From an uncultured Planctomycetota bacterium (lineage in GTDB: Bacteria; Planctomycetota; Planctomycetia; Isosphaerales; Isosphaeraceae), in the NCBI GenBank assembly GCA_963823665.1, contig CAWGMQ010000010.1, positions 1,568,001 to 1,632,000 of the forward strand: 64,000 bases of DNA, in the 5' to 3' direction. Made by a program: the position numbers and the translations under genes. Positions 50,926-61,031 of this stretch are shown here, one piece after another; position 1 is the stretch's first letter, and each line of letters opens with the position of its first letter. The notes below the pieces were generated by a model. That model did no database searches. It had not been told where the DNA came from and saw only the letters and a program-made list of their open reading frames with translations.

Positions 50926-50963
50926 ATTTCCGTTTTGCCTCTCCCTGCCTGGTGCCCTCCGCA

Positions 50964-51497
50964 ATGCGATGGATCTGGATCGACAAGTTCATTGAGTTTC
51001 GCAGCGGTCAGTTCGCCAGGGCCATCAAAAACCTCACGCTGGCGGAAGAGCATCTGCACGACCATTTCCCAGGCTACCCGGTGATGCCGGCCTCCTTGAT
51101 CATCGAGGGGCTGGCACAGACCGGCGGGATCTTGGTCGGCGAGGCCGGCGGGTTCGCCGAGAAAGTTGTGCTGGCGAAGATTCCCCGCGCCGAGTTCTAT
51201 GGCGTCGCCTGCGCAGGCGACCAGCTTATTTACGAGGTCACTCTGACGGATTTGCGCAGCGAGGGGGCCGTGGTCTCATGCAAGGCCCTTTTAGACGGCG
51301 AGCTTCTGGCCGAAGCCGAGATTGTCTTTGCCCATCTGGACAACTCGCGCGCCAACCAGATCTTTGGCCCCAAGAACTTTGTGTTCACGCAGCAGCTTCT
51401 TGGCGTTCTCGACCTGGCCAAGGCGCAGCAGCGAGCCCGTGAAGCCGAGCTTCCCACCGACGGAACCGCGCAAGCGAATGGACAGCCTCACACGTAG
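50964..51497 (+). CDS. fabZ: FabZ-family dehydratase 2
   Basis: RWIWIDK..DHFPGYPVMPASLIIEGLAQ. Confidence 0.9.
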   Translation: MRWIWIDKFIEFRSGQFARAIKNLTLAEEHLHDHFPGYPVMPASLIIEGLAQTGGILVGEAGGFAEKVVLAKIPRAEFYGVACAGDQLIYEVTLTDLRSEGAVVSCKALLDGELLAEAEIVFAHLDNSRANQIFGPKNFVFTQQLLGVLDLAKAQQRAREAELPTDGTAQANGQPHT

Positions 51498-51735
51498 CTC
51501 GGAAGCGTAACGAGGACGCGGTCAGCTCCCGCCGGGCGCGAAGGAACCAAGGCTCGGGCGAGCCGGATCGCACGGAACGGATATCCAGGTAGTCTGCGGA
51601 GAATTTGAGTGTTGCATCAAGTTTATGCCGCGTCCCTTGCCCTTCGAAGCAATAATAGTGCATCGCTTTGATGGAACGGGGAGCGAGCCGTGACGCGAGA
51701 TGTGACCTCCCACGCCGTAAATCGACGAGTCCTTC

Positions 51736-53043
51736 ATGTTTGGTTCCGAACGCCGAGTGGTCATAACCGGTTTGGGCCTGGTGACTTCCCTCGGCGATAG
51801 TCCGGACCGCGTTTGGTCATCGCTGTCGGAAGGAAGGGGCTCGATCCGCCCCCTCCAGGCGTTCCGCATCGCGGGGCTTCCCACCGATAGCGGCGCCGAG
51901 ATCGGCGACTTCGATCTGCTCAACTACGCGCTTCCCAAGATTCGCAAGCCGCTCAAGAAGAGCCAGAAGTACATGGCTCGGGACATCCAGCTTGCGGTGG
52001 CCGCCGCCCAGCTCGCGGTGCAGGACGCGGGCCTGGCCGAGGGTGGAGTCGACCCCACGCGAATCGGCATCGACCTGGGAGCCGGCTTGATCTCCAGCGA
52101 GCTCGATGAGATCGCGCCGGCCGTCGCGCATGCGACGTCCAACGGCACGCCGTTTGATTATCAAACGTGGGGTCGCGAATCGATCCGGATGATCGAGCCG
52201 ATCTGGCTGCTCAAGTATCTTCCCAACATGCTTGCCTGCCACATTTCCATCCTGATCGACTGCCAGGGGCCCTCGAACACGATCACCGAGGCGGATGCGT
52301 CTTCAAATCTGGCCATTGCCGAGGCGGCACGCGTCATCGCGCGTGGGCGCGCCGACGTGATGATCACCGGCGGGGCCGATTCCAAGATTCATCCGCTCAG
52401 CGTGGTGCGCATGGCCCTGCTCGAGAACATGTCGCGCTGGAAGGGAGATCCCTCGCAGGCGTGCCGCCCCTTCGACCGCCGTCGTGATGGCTGGGTTCCC
52501 GGCGAAGGGGCTGGAATCTTCATTCTCGAAGAGGAACAGCACGCAAGGAACCGTGGCGCGAAGATCTACGGCGAGTTCCTGGGTGGCGGGTCCGGCTGCG
52601 ACGCGATGCCCTCAGGCGGCATGGATCCCGAAGGCGGAGGGACGGAAGTCGCGATCGCGGCGGCGCTCGAAGAAGCCGGGCTTTCGCCGGGGGATGTCGG
52701 CCACGTGAACGCCCACGGCTCGGCCACCAAGGTCTCCGACCTCGCGGAAGCCCGGGCCTTCGCTCGCGTGTTTGGTCCGCGCGGCGTTCCCGTGACGGCC
52801 CTCAAAGGCTATATGGGAAATCTGGTCTCGGGCGCCGGGGCGGTCGAACTGATTTGCAGCTTGATCGCCGCCAATCGCGGGCGAATCCCGGCGGTCCTCA
52901 ACTGCGACGCCCCGGAATCGGGAATCGAGCTCGATCTGGTGCTGGGCTCACCGCGGGAGATCCGCAACCCCGTGTTCCTCTGCACCAACGTCACGCCGCA
53001 CGGCCAGGCCGCGGCGGTGGTCGTCCGGGGATGCCCGGACTGA
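51736..53043 (+). CDS. Ketosynthase-like protein lacking the catalytic Cys (chain-length-factor-like)
   Basis: RVVITGLG; TEADAS in place of TACA; KGYMGN in place of KSxxGH. Confidence 0.85.
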   Translation: MFGSERRVVITGLGLVTSLGDSPDRVWSSLSEGRGSIRPLQAFRIAGLPTDSGAEIGDFDLLNYALPKIRKPLKKSQKYMARDIQLAVAAAQLAVQDAGLAEGGVDPTRIGIDLGAGLISSELDEIAPAVAHATSNGTPFDYQTWGRESIRMIEPIWLLKYLPNMLACHISILIDCQGPSNTITEADASSNLAIAEAARVIARGRADVMITGGADSKIHPLSVVRMALLENMSRWKGDPSQACRPFDRRRDGWVPGEGAGIFILEEEQHARNRGAKIYGEFLGGGSGCDAMPSGGMDPEGGGTEVAIAAALEEAGLSPGDVGHVNAHGSATKVSDLAEARAFARVFGPRGVPVTALKGYMGNLVSGAGAVELICSLIAANRGRIPAVLNCDAPESGIELDLVLGSPREIRNPVFLCTNVTPHGQAAAVVVRGCPD

Positions 53044-53059
53044 CACATGCGGATTCGAT

Positions 53060-53087
53060 TTAGGTCAGGCTTTAGCCTGACGATTTC
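53060..53087 (+). repeat. REP-like hairpin (family A) between the two KS genes
   Basis: TTAGGTCAGGCTTTAGCCTGACGATTTC. Confidence 0.8.
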
Positions 53088-53105
53088 TTCCAGAAGGTAG
53101 CATTG

Positions 53106-54399
53106 ATGCGTCGAGTCGTCGTGACAGGCATGGGGATGGTTACCCCGCTCGGGCGTGACCTCGAGACGACGTGGAAGGCCCTGCTCGAGGGGAAGAGCGG
53201 CGTCGGCCCCATCTCACTCTTCGATGCTCGCACGTTTCCCACGCGAATCGCAGCCGAAGTTCCCGATTTCCGCCTCGGTGACTACCTTGACGATCCTGCC
53301 GGCCGATGGGCCGAGCATTCCCGCAACAGTAAGTTTGCCCTGGCCGCTGCATCCATGGCCGTGCGCGATTCCGGCCTGCTCGAATCCAGGCCCGAGATCA
53401 ATCGCCGCCGGTTCGGGGTGTATCTGGGATCCGGAGAAGGCCAGCACGACTTCCCCAGGTTCGTGAGCCTCCTGGCGCGTAGCACGCGAGACGGCCACGT
53501 CGATACGGCTGAATTCACCCGCCTGGGAGCCAAAGAGCTCCACCCGGTGCGCGAGGCCGAGCAAGAGCCCGGAACTCCGTCCGGTCACCTCGCCAGCTAT
53601 TTCGGCGCCCGGGGTGCCAACTCGAACTGCTTGACCGCCTGCGCCGCCAGCTCACAAGCCATCGGTGAAGCGTACGAGCTCATCCGCCGCGGAAATGCCG
53701 ATGTGATCCTCTCCGGCGGCACCCACAGCATGATCCACCCCTTCGGCGTCACCGGCTTTATCCTCCTCACCGCTCTTTCCACGCGCAACGACGAGCCGCA
53801 GCGCGCCAGCCGCCCATTCGACCGCGATCGCGACGGCTTCATCCTGGGCGAAGGTGCCGGCATGCTCGTCCTCGAAGAGCTTGAACATGCGAAAAAACGT
53901 GGTGCACACATTCATGGCGAGATCATCGGTTACGGCTCGAGTGCCGATGCATTCCGCATAACCGATAGCCACGACGAGGGCCGCGGGCGCGATCGCCTGC
54001 ATTCGCGAAGCGCTCGAGGGCGCTCGGCTCGACTCGGCTGACGTCGATTATATAAATGCCCACGGCACAAGTACTTCGGTGAATGATTCGATCGAGACCC
54101 TGGCGATCAAGCGGACATTTGGTGAGGGCGCATATCAGGTCCCGATCTCGAGCACCAAGAGCATGATGGGCCATTTAATCGCTGCCGCAGGAAGTGTTGA
54201 AGCGATTGTTTGCCTCCTTACCATTCGCGATGGTATGCTTCCCCCAACCGTCAATCTTGAGAACCGTGATCCGGAATGTGACCTCGACTACGTCCCGAAC
54301 CAGGCGAGGGAGCACGCCGTCGACGTGGCTCTTTCCAACAGTTTTGGCTTTGGCGGACAAAATATTACGCTCATCTTGAGACGCTTCTCCGATTCTTAA
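53106..54399 (+). CDS. fabF: Beta-ketoacyl-ACP synthase II, catalytic (extra G near 53986)
   Basis: [29 protein letters not shown] once the frameshift is corrected. Confidence 0.9.
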
Positions 54400-54500
54400 C
54401 TGTCGTGGCCGCCGGGCATGAGCCCGGGCTTCCGTGCACACTGCGTCGCGCCAGAGTCGCGGCGGGTGTTCGTGAAGCAGCCACGATCAGGAGTGCTGCC

Positions 54501-55583
54501 GTGATTGGCCTAATGAGTGCGCTTCCCCTGCTGGCTGCGTGGCTGGCGGTTCCGCTCTTTTTCCTCGTGCTGTTCCTCATCTTCATTTTGATCAAGTATT
54601 CGCCGATCGTCAGCCGTCATTTTCAGCAGCAGCCGCCGTTCCTGCCATTGCGTGTGGTTCCCGGCGAGACGGGCGAGGCGGTGCAGTTCAGCACAGACGA
54701 CGGATTGTCTCTCTCCGGCAGCTACCTTCCGGCCCGGACGCCGGAGCAGGCCGGGGTGATCGTCTACTGCCACGAGTATCTCAGCGACCGCTGGAGTTAT
54801 CACCCGTACGTCGACGGCCTTCGCGACCTTGGGTTCGACCTGTTCACCTTTGATTTCCGGAACCACGGCGAGAGTGAAAACGAGCAGGGTTACGGGCCGA
54901 TGCAGTGGACGACCGACCGCGAAGTCCGCGACCTTCGCGGCGCCCTCAAGATGCTGCGTGCCCGGTCCGATCGCGATCCCGCGGGCTTCGGCCTCTTCGG
55001 TGTGAGCCGCGGAGGAACCACGGCGCTTGTGGCGGCATCGAGCGAACAGGACGTCTGGGGCGTGATCACCGACGGGGCGTTTCCCACGCACGGGACCATG
55101 ATTCCGTACATCAGGCGGTGGTGCGAGTTGTACGTCTCGAACCCGACCTTGCGGACGCTGCTCCCTTCCTGGATTTACCCGCTGGTTGCCCGGACAGGCC
55201 GCTGGGTAACGGAGCGAAGGCTGAACTGCAAGTTTCCCAGCGTCGAGGCGGCTGCGGCCAGGCTGGGGCCGCGGCCCTGGCTGATGATTCACGGCGGGTC
55301 TGACTCTTATATCAGCCCCGAGATCGCACAAGGACTGTTCGACCGGGGCAAGAAATTTAAGGAACTCTGGCTGGTGAGCGACGCGAAGCACAATCGCTGC
55401 CGCGAAACCGACCCGGCGGGCTATGCGACGCGGGTGGTGCGCTTCCTCGAGCGGTTCGCGCCTCGCCGTCCGTGGCTGCCCGGGCCGGCGGCAACCGCGA
55501 TCGTCTCTGTCAGCCCGGGTATGGCCGGATCTTTCGCTTCTGCCGATATATCTTCTGAGGTAGCGTCTCCCGTCGCGGGCTGA
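54501..55583 (+). CDS. Membrane-anchored alpha/beta hydrolase
   Basis: N-terminal TM helix; FDFRNHGES; GVSRGG; HGGSD; AKHN; start approximate. Confidence 0.85.
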   Translation: MIGLMSALPLLAAWLAVPLFFLVLFLIFILIKYSPIVSRHFQQQPPFLPLRVVPGETGEAVQFSTDDGLSLSGSYLPARTPEQAGVIVYCHEYLSDRWSYHPYVDGLRDLGFDLFTFDFRNHGESENEQGYGPMQWTTDREVRDLRGALKMLRARSDRDPAGFGLFGVSRGGTTALVAASSEQDVWGVITDGAFPTHGTMIPYIRRWCELYVSNPTLRTLLPSWIYPLVARTGRWVTERRLNCKFPSVEAAAARLGPRPWLMIHGGSDSYISPEIAQGLFDRGKKFKELWLVSDAKHNRCRETDPAGYATRVVRFLERFAPRRPWLPGPAATAIVSVSPGMAGSFASADISSEVASPVAG

Positions 55584-55615
55584 CAAAGAAAGCAGCCGGG
55601 GGCTTTGAAGCCGTC

Positions 55616-57307
55616 ATGATCACGATTCTCAAACGGTTGTTCGGCCGGCCGGTGGCCAGGCGCGCGCGGCGCCTCGCCCGGGCATTCCACGAGCAGGCCC
55701 AGCGGTGTGGGGATGTCCAGCGCGAGCTTCTGCTGCGCCGGATCGCGCGCCACGCCGACAGCCAGTTTGGCCGCGACCACCATTTCAGCGAGATTCGCTC
55801 GCCCGAGGACTTCCGTCGCCGCGTGAGCGTCGGCGGCTACGACCGCCATGAGCCCTACATCGAGCGCGTGCGCAACGGTGACATCGGGGCGCTCTTCGGC
55901 CGGGGCACCGAGGTCCTGATGTTCGCCATGACCTCCGGCACGACTAACCGCCCCAAGACGATTCCGGTCACGCCGGAGGCGCTTCGTGATTACCGCGAGG
56001 GGTGGACGATCTGGGGCATCCAGGCCTTCGACGCGCACCCGGAGATGCTGCGCGAGGGGTTGCGGCCCATCCTCCAGATTGCCAGCGACTGGTGCGAGAG
56101 CTTCACGCCCGCGGGAATTCCCTGCGGCGCCATCACGGGCTTGACGGCTCATATGCAGAATCGTCTGGTGCGAACCCAGTATTGCATGCCGGCCGTCGCG
56201 TCGGGGATCAAGGACATCGAATCGAAATACTACACCGCGCTTCGGTTCTCGATCCACCGCAACGTGGGCACGATCATTGCTGCCAACCCCAGCACGATCC
56301 TGGCGATCGCTCGGCTAGGCGACCGCGAGAAAGAGACCTTGATCCGCGACCTGGCCGACGGCACGCTCGACCGGAAGTGGGATATTCCCGGCAAGATTCG
56401 CCAGCAGCTTCTCCGGAAGACCCGTCGCCGTCACGAGAAGACGGCGCAGGCGCTTGACCGCATCGTCAGTGAGCACGGCCGTCTGCTCCCCAGAGATTAC
56501 TGGCCCGGCCTGCAATTCCTCTCGAACTGGATGGGAGGGACGATGCGGGCGTACCTGCGCGGCTATCCGGAGTTCTTCGGGGAAACGCCGGTGCGGGATG
56601 TCGGGCTGATCGCGTCGGAAGGACGCATGACGATTCCCATCGAAGACGGCACGGCCGCGGGTGTTCTCGATATCCGCCACAACTACTTCGAGTTCATTCC
56701 GGAAGATCAGGGCGATTCACCGCAGCCCGAGACGGTGGAGGCGACTGACCTGGTCGAGGGCAGAATCTACTTCATCGTGCTGTCCACCGCCGGCGGTCTT
56801 TATCGATACAACATCTCCGACCTCGTCCGCTGCACCGGATATTACGGACGCGCACCCATGCTTGAATTCTTGAACAAGGGTGCACACTACTCGAGCCTGA
56901 CCGGCGAGAAGATCTCGGAGCACCAGGTTATTGCCGCAGTCGAAGAGGCCCGGCGCGCGGCACGCCTTCGCCTCAAGTCGTACCTGCTGGCCCCGGTCTG
57001 GGACGAACCGCCTTATTATGCCCTGTTGATCGAGGAAGACGATCTGGCCGAAGCCCGTGCGGCGGACGCCCTGGCGGCCGCGGTCGAACGTGAGCTCAGG
57101 CGGCAGAACGTCGAGTATGTAAGCAAGCGCGACAGCCTCCGTCTCGGCCCAGTCCGCATACTCCCCATCCCGAGCGGCTCCTGGGCCGAATTTCAGCGTC
57201 GACGACTGGCCCGAAGCGGCGGCACGGTCGAACAGTATAAACAGCCTCACCTCGTCCCTGAACTGAACATCGCCGAATCGTTCCGCTCCCTGGTCGCGGT
57301 CAGTTGA
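55616..57307 (+). CDS. GH3-family acyl-acid amido synthetase
   Basis: TSGTTNRPK; ASEG; YFEFIP; GLYRYNISD; TGEK; QYKQP. Confidence 0.9.
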   Translation: MITILKRLFGRPVARRARRLARAFHEQAQRCGDVQRELLLRRIARHADSQFGRDHHFSEIRSPEDFRRRVSVGGYDRHEPYIERVRNGDIGALFGRGTEVLMFAMTSGTTNRPKTIPVTPEALRDYREGWTIWGIQAFDAHPEMLREGLRPILQIASDWCESFTPAGIPCGAITGLTAHMQNRLVRTQYCMPAVASGIKDIESKYYTALRFSIHRNVGTIIAANPSTILAIARLGDREKETLIRDLADGTLDRKWDIPGKIRQQLLRKTRRRHEKTAQALDRIVSEHGRLLPRDYWPGLQFLSNWMGGTMRAYLRGYPEFFGETPVRDVGLIASEGRMTIPIEDGTAAGVLDIRHNYFEFIPEDQGDSPQPETVEATDLVEGRIYFIVLSTAGGLYRYNISDLVRCTGYYGRAPMLEFLNKGAHYSSLTGEKISEHQVIAAVEEARRAARLRLKSYLLAPVWDEPPYYALLIEEDDLAEARAADALAAAVERELRRQNVEYVSKRDSLRLGPVRILPIPSGSWAEFQRRRLARSGGTVEQYKQPHLVPELNIAESFRSLVAVS

Positions 57308-57470
57308 TTCACGCCGGAGCCTCCCACCTCGCCTTGCCCCCAATCACGGATTGTGGTATCGCCGTTACACGCGATGTCGTGGCGAGCCGAACGCATGGAT
57401 GCAGTGTTGAATGGTTGGTCCAAAGGAGGCCGGCCGGGCTGACGGTCCTCTTGGGAGTGGAACTGGGATC

Positions 57471-58920
57471 ATGAAAGTGGCAAAGGATTGCAACCGTCGT
57501 TTGACCGCGCGTCTGCTGGCATGCCTGGGAATAGGCTTTTGCTGCTTTGGGGCGGGCTGTTCCAGTTTCGGAGGGTTGCATTCGGTCGGCACATGGCCGC
57601 CGTTTGCGCACTTGTGGGAGCGCGAGCCGGGCTCGCCTGCCCCTGAGAACGACACGTACGCGCAGACGATGAGGCCGACGCTTGGCCTGGATACCAAGCT
57701 GGCTGATGCCAAGAAGCGGAAGGCGGCGCGCGCGGACGAGGACGGCGGCTCGGGTGCGGGCGAGCGAGATTCGGGTGAAGCGATCGCCCGCGCGGATGAC
57801 GCGGAATCGGTCCCGAAGCGATCCGCCAAGGGCGTGCGCGTGACCCTCGGGCATCCAGAGCCGCTGCGCGGGCTTTCGCCGGCAACTGATTCGGAGGAGG
57901 AGACCCGGGTCGCCTCGGCCGGATCAAGGACGTGGCAGCCCGCGGGGGACGAGCGTGATGGCGGTGATGCGCCGGCGCTGTCCGGGCCAGAAACGCTTCT
58001 CGCCCAAAAGGAGCCGCTGCCGGACGAAGCGCCTCGCGGGCCCGCGCTCGAGTCGACTCGCACCGGGCAAGCTGCACCGCCGAGCGACTGCGCTGCCGGC
58101 CCAGTTTGCCCTGGCCGGTCAGCCAGATGCCGAGCCTTCAACCGGCCTGGAGGCGCCTGCCGAAACGGACGAGCGCCCTTCAAAAGACGATGCGAAGCTG
58201 ATTCTGGCGCGGGCCACAGAGAAACTCAATGCTTTGGATGCGTACCAGGTCAAGATGCAGCGCCGCGAGCGTGTGGGCGGCTCGGTCTTGCCCGAGGAAG
58301 AGGTCGTGCTTTCGGTCCGGCGCAAACCGAAAGCCGTTCGACTGGAATGGGGCAACGGAGCGAGCAAGGGACGTGAGGTCATCTACTCGCCCGCACTCGA
58401 CGCCAAGATGATCTACGTCCATCAGCCCCAGACGGCGGCCGTTGTCCCATCGATGAAGATCGCCGTCGACAGCCCGCTGGTGATGAAGAACAGCCGGCAC
58501 ACGATCGCCGAAGCCGGATTCGAGATGATTCTCGCAAATCTTCAAAAGTCGGGGGTTGCGCCTGATCCCGCCAAGGGCGGGGGTCCGAGCCTTGAGTACA
58601 AGGGGCTCGAAAAGGCCGTGGGCGTCGACGCGGCCTGTCATCATTTCGTCCGGCACGCGGCCTCTGGAGAAACCTGGAACGTGTATCTCGATCCCCGGTC
58701 GCTGCTCCCCCGGCTCGTGCTCGCTGAGAACAAGGAAGGTGCGCTGCTCGAGCGGTATGTCTATTCAGACATTCGTGAAAACCCGAAGGAGCTCGCATCG
58801 GCCGATGCGTTCAGCCCTTCCGAGCGCTGGGGAGAGGGCAAAGGTCTCTTTCAGCGCCTCGCCGCCAAAGCAGCGTCGAGCTTGAGTGTGCCAAGCAACA
58901 ATGCAGCGACGACTCGCTGA
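57471..58920 (+). CDS. DUF1571-domain lipoprotein (frameshift near 58040)
   Basis: Lipobox GAG-C; low-complexity linker; YQVKMQRRERVGG..KGREVIY..SRHTIAEAG..LLERYVY. Confidence 0.8.
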
Positions 58921-59132
58921 CTGCCAAAGTGACGGAATATCGCCGCGGCGTGGCCGCAAATCATCACGGCGCGACCCGATTCTGAAAAAAATGTAACCGT
59001 AGACCTTGAAATGGGTTGTCTTGATCGGGTCAGATGGTGGGATGAGCGCGAGCAGCGAACGGCGCAGGCGATGCATATAAGATTTGCCGGACTGGCCTCT
59101 TGTAACGGGGCCGGCTTGTGGGTGCCGCTCCG

Positions 59133-59516
59133 ATGACAGCATGTCAATCCTACTCGATCCTCATCACCGACGATGATCGCTCTGCGAGAGAAACGCTGCG
59201 CGAAATTGTCGCGCCCCAGGGATTTCGAACCCTGATGGCCGGGAGCGGTGAGGAAGCCATCGAGCTCATCCGTCAGCATGACGTGCACCTCGCGCTCATG
59301 GACATGCACATGCCAGGCTTTTCCGGGCTGGAGACGATGGCGATCGTCCGGCAGATCAAAGGAGTGATCCCCGCCATCTTGATCACCGCCGACCGTGACG
59401 ACGAGCTGATGCGGCGGGCCCTTTCTGAGCAGGCGTTCTGCGTCCTGGCGAAGCCGGTGAGCAAGAATGTCGTCATCTACGTCGTCAACAAGGCGATCGA
59501 GAAGTACTACAACTGA
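59133..59516 (+). CDS. Single-domain response regulator
   Basis: ILITDDD, LMDMHMPGFSG, LITA, KPV. Confidence 0.9.
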   Translation: MTACQSYSILITDDDRSARETLREIVAPQGFRTLMAGSGEEAIELIRQHDVHLALMDMHMPGFSGLETMAIVRQIKGVIPAILITADRDDELMRRALSEQAFCVLAKPVSKNVVIYVVNKAIEKYYN

Positions 59517-59530
59517 TCGCGACTCTTGTC

Positions 59531-60923
59531 GTGGCCCTTCGCCCTATTCACCTCTCCACGGCATGGCTTCTCGTCACCGCGTTCGCGCTGCGCATTTACG
59601 TCGGGCGTGCTGGCACACGATATTCCCAACCAGCGCGTCGACCGCTCGATCCAGGTCTCGCTGTCGCCGGGCTCGGTCGCGATCGATTACGAGGTGAGCC
59701 TCAGCGAGTTGACGCTCACGCAGGATCTGCGCCGATTGATTGGAAGTATGCCGGGCGCCGAGTGGCGAGAGTGGATGGACCGTTATGGCCAGGTGACGGG
59801 ACCGCTCAACGCCAAGGGGCTGCTCATCTCCGTCGGGGGCGAGCCGGTCCAGTTGACGATGCGCAGCTTCGACCTGGTCATCGAGGGCCACCCGCGGTAC
59901 ACGTTTCACCTGGCAGGATCAATTCCGACCAGCGGCCGCCTGCGCGTTCGAGACACGAATTATGTTTCGAGCGAAGGTACCAGCCGGCTGGCGATTCGCG
60001 GACTCTCGGGCGTGGTCGTCACCGGCGATTCGCTCCCGAGCGAGGTCGCGCAGATCGAGGTTCGCTCGAATATCTTCTTGAGCGACGAGGACGAACGGAG
60101 AACGAAGCAGGTTCAGGTCGAATATCGGGGGCCGGCGGAAGCGAGCGGCCCAACCCCAGGAGCCGACTCGGCGGCCACCGCTGGTCTTCGTGCGCCGGCT
60201 ACCGTTCCAATGCAGCCAGCGGCTCGCAACAAGTTGGCTCTCCCTGGCCTACCTCGGCTCTCCGAGCTGCTGGACGGCACCTTGAAGACGTCGTGGTTCG
60301 TCATTGTCACGATTGCGATCGTGCTCGGGGCTGCGCATGCGATTCAGCCCGGTCACGGCAAGACGCTGGTGACCGCGGTCGCTCTTGGCCCGGGCACCCG
60401 TTTCTATCAGCCCGCATTATTGGGCCTGGCGACGACCGTCGCACACCTCGGAAGTGTTCTGCTCATCGCGCTGGCTCTGTGGTATAGCGGTGCGACGCGG
60501 GTAGCAGGTCTGCATACGGCGCTTGTGAAGGTGGCTGGATTCGCGATCGGTGCAGTCGGATTATGGCGCCTCGGGCGCCAGTTCGGCGGTTTTCCGGAGC
60601 ATGCCGAGCACTCGCAGTCGGCGGGTGCGACCAGCAATCGCGGGGTGATCGCGCTGGGCCTCTCGGGCGGCGCCGTGCCGTGCTGGGATGCCATCGCGCT
60701 CTTGCTCCTGGCGGCCGCGGTCGGAAGGCTCGCCGCCGGAGTGGCCATGGTGCTCGCCTTCAGCGCGGGGATGGGTATGGTGCTCGTTGCGGTCGGCCTC
60801 GTCGCATGGAAGCTCAAAGCGGCAGCCCTCGGTGCCGACTCCACAAGTCGGTGGCATCGCCCGCTGGGAATCGCCAGCAGCAGCGTGCTGGCCGCCATCG
60901 GAATTTACCTCTTTTTACAATGA
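59531..60923 (+). CDS. NicO/RcnA-type Ni/Co transporter with an N-terminal extracytoplasmic domain (probable frameshift near 59590)
   Basis: AHAIQPGHGKT; GGAVPCWDA; multiple TM helices; signal peptide ending VLA-HD. Confidence 0.8.
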
Positions 60924-61031
60924 TGATTCTGAGTCTCATTCAGAAACAGATAAACTCCTGACGTTCGCCTTTCGGCTCGATCATCTCCCGGCTAGAACCT
61001 GGCGTTCCGTCAATCGAATATTGACGGAACG

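Noticed and set aside
49697..54399. Ladderane or aryl-polyene biosynthesis assignment
   Set aside because: No radical SAM, desaturase, aryl-CoA ligase or glycosyltransferase genes are present; the product cannot be named from the sequence
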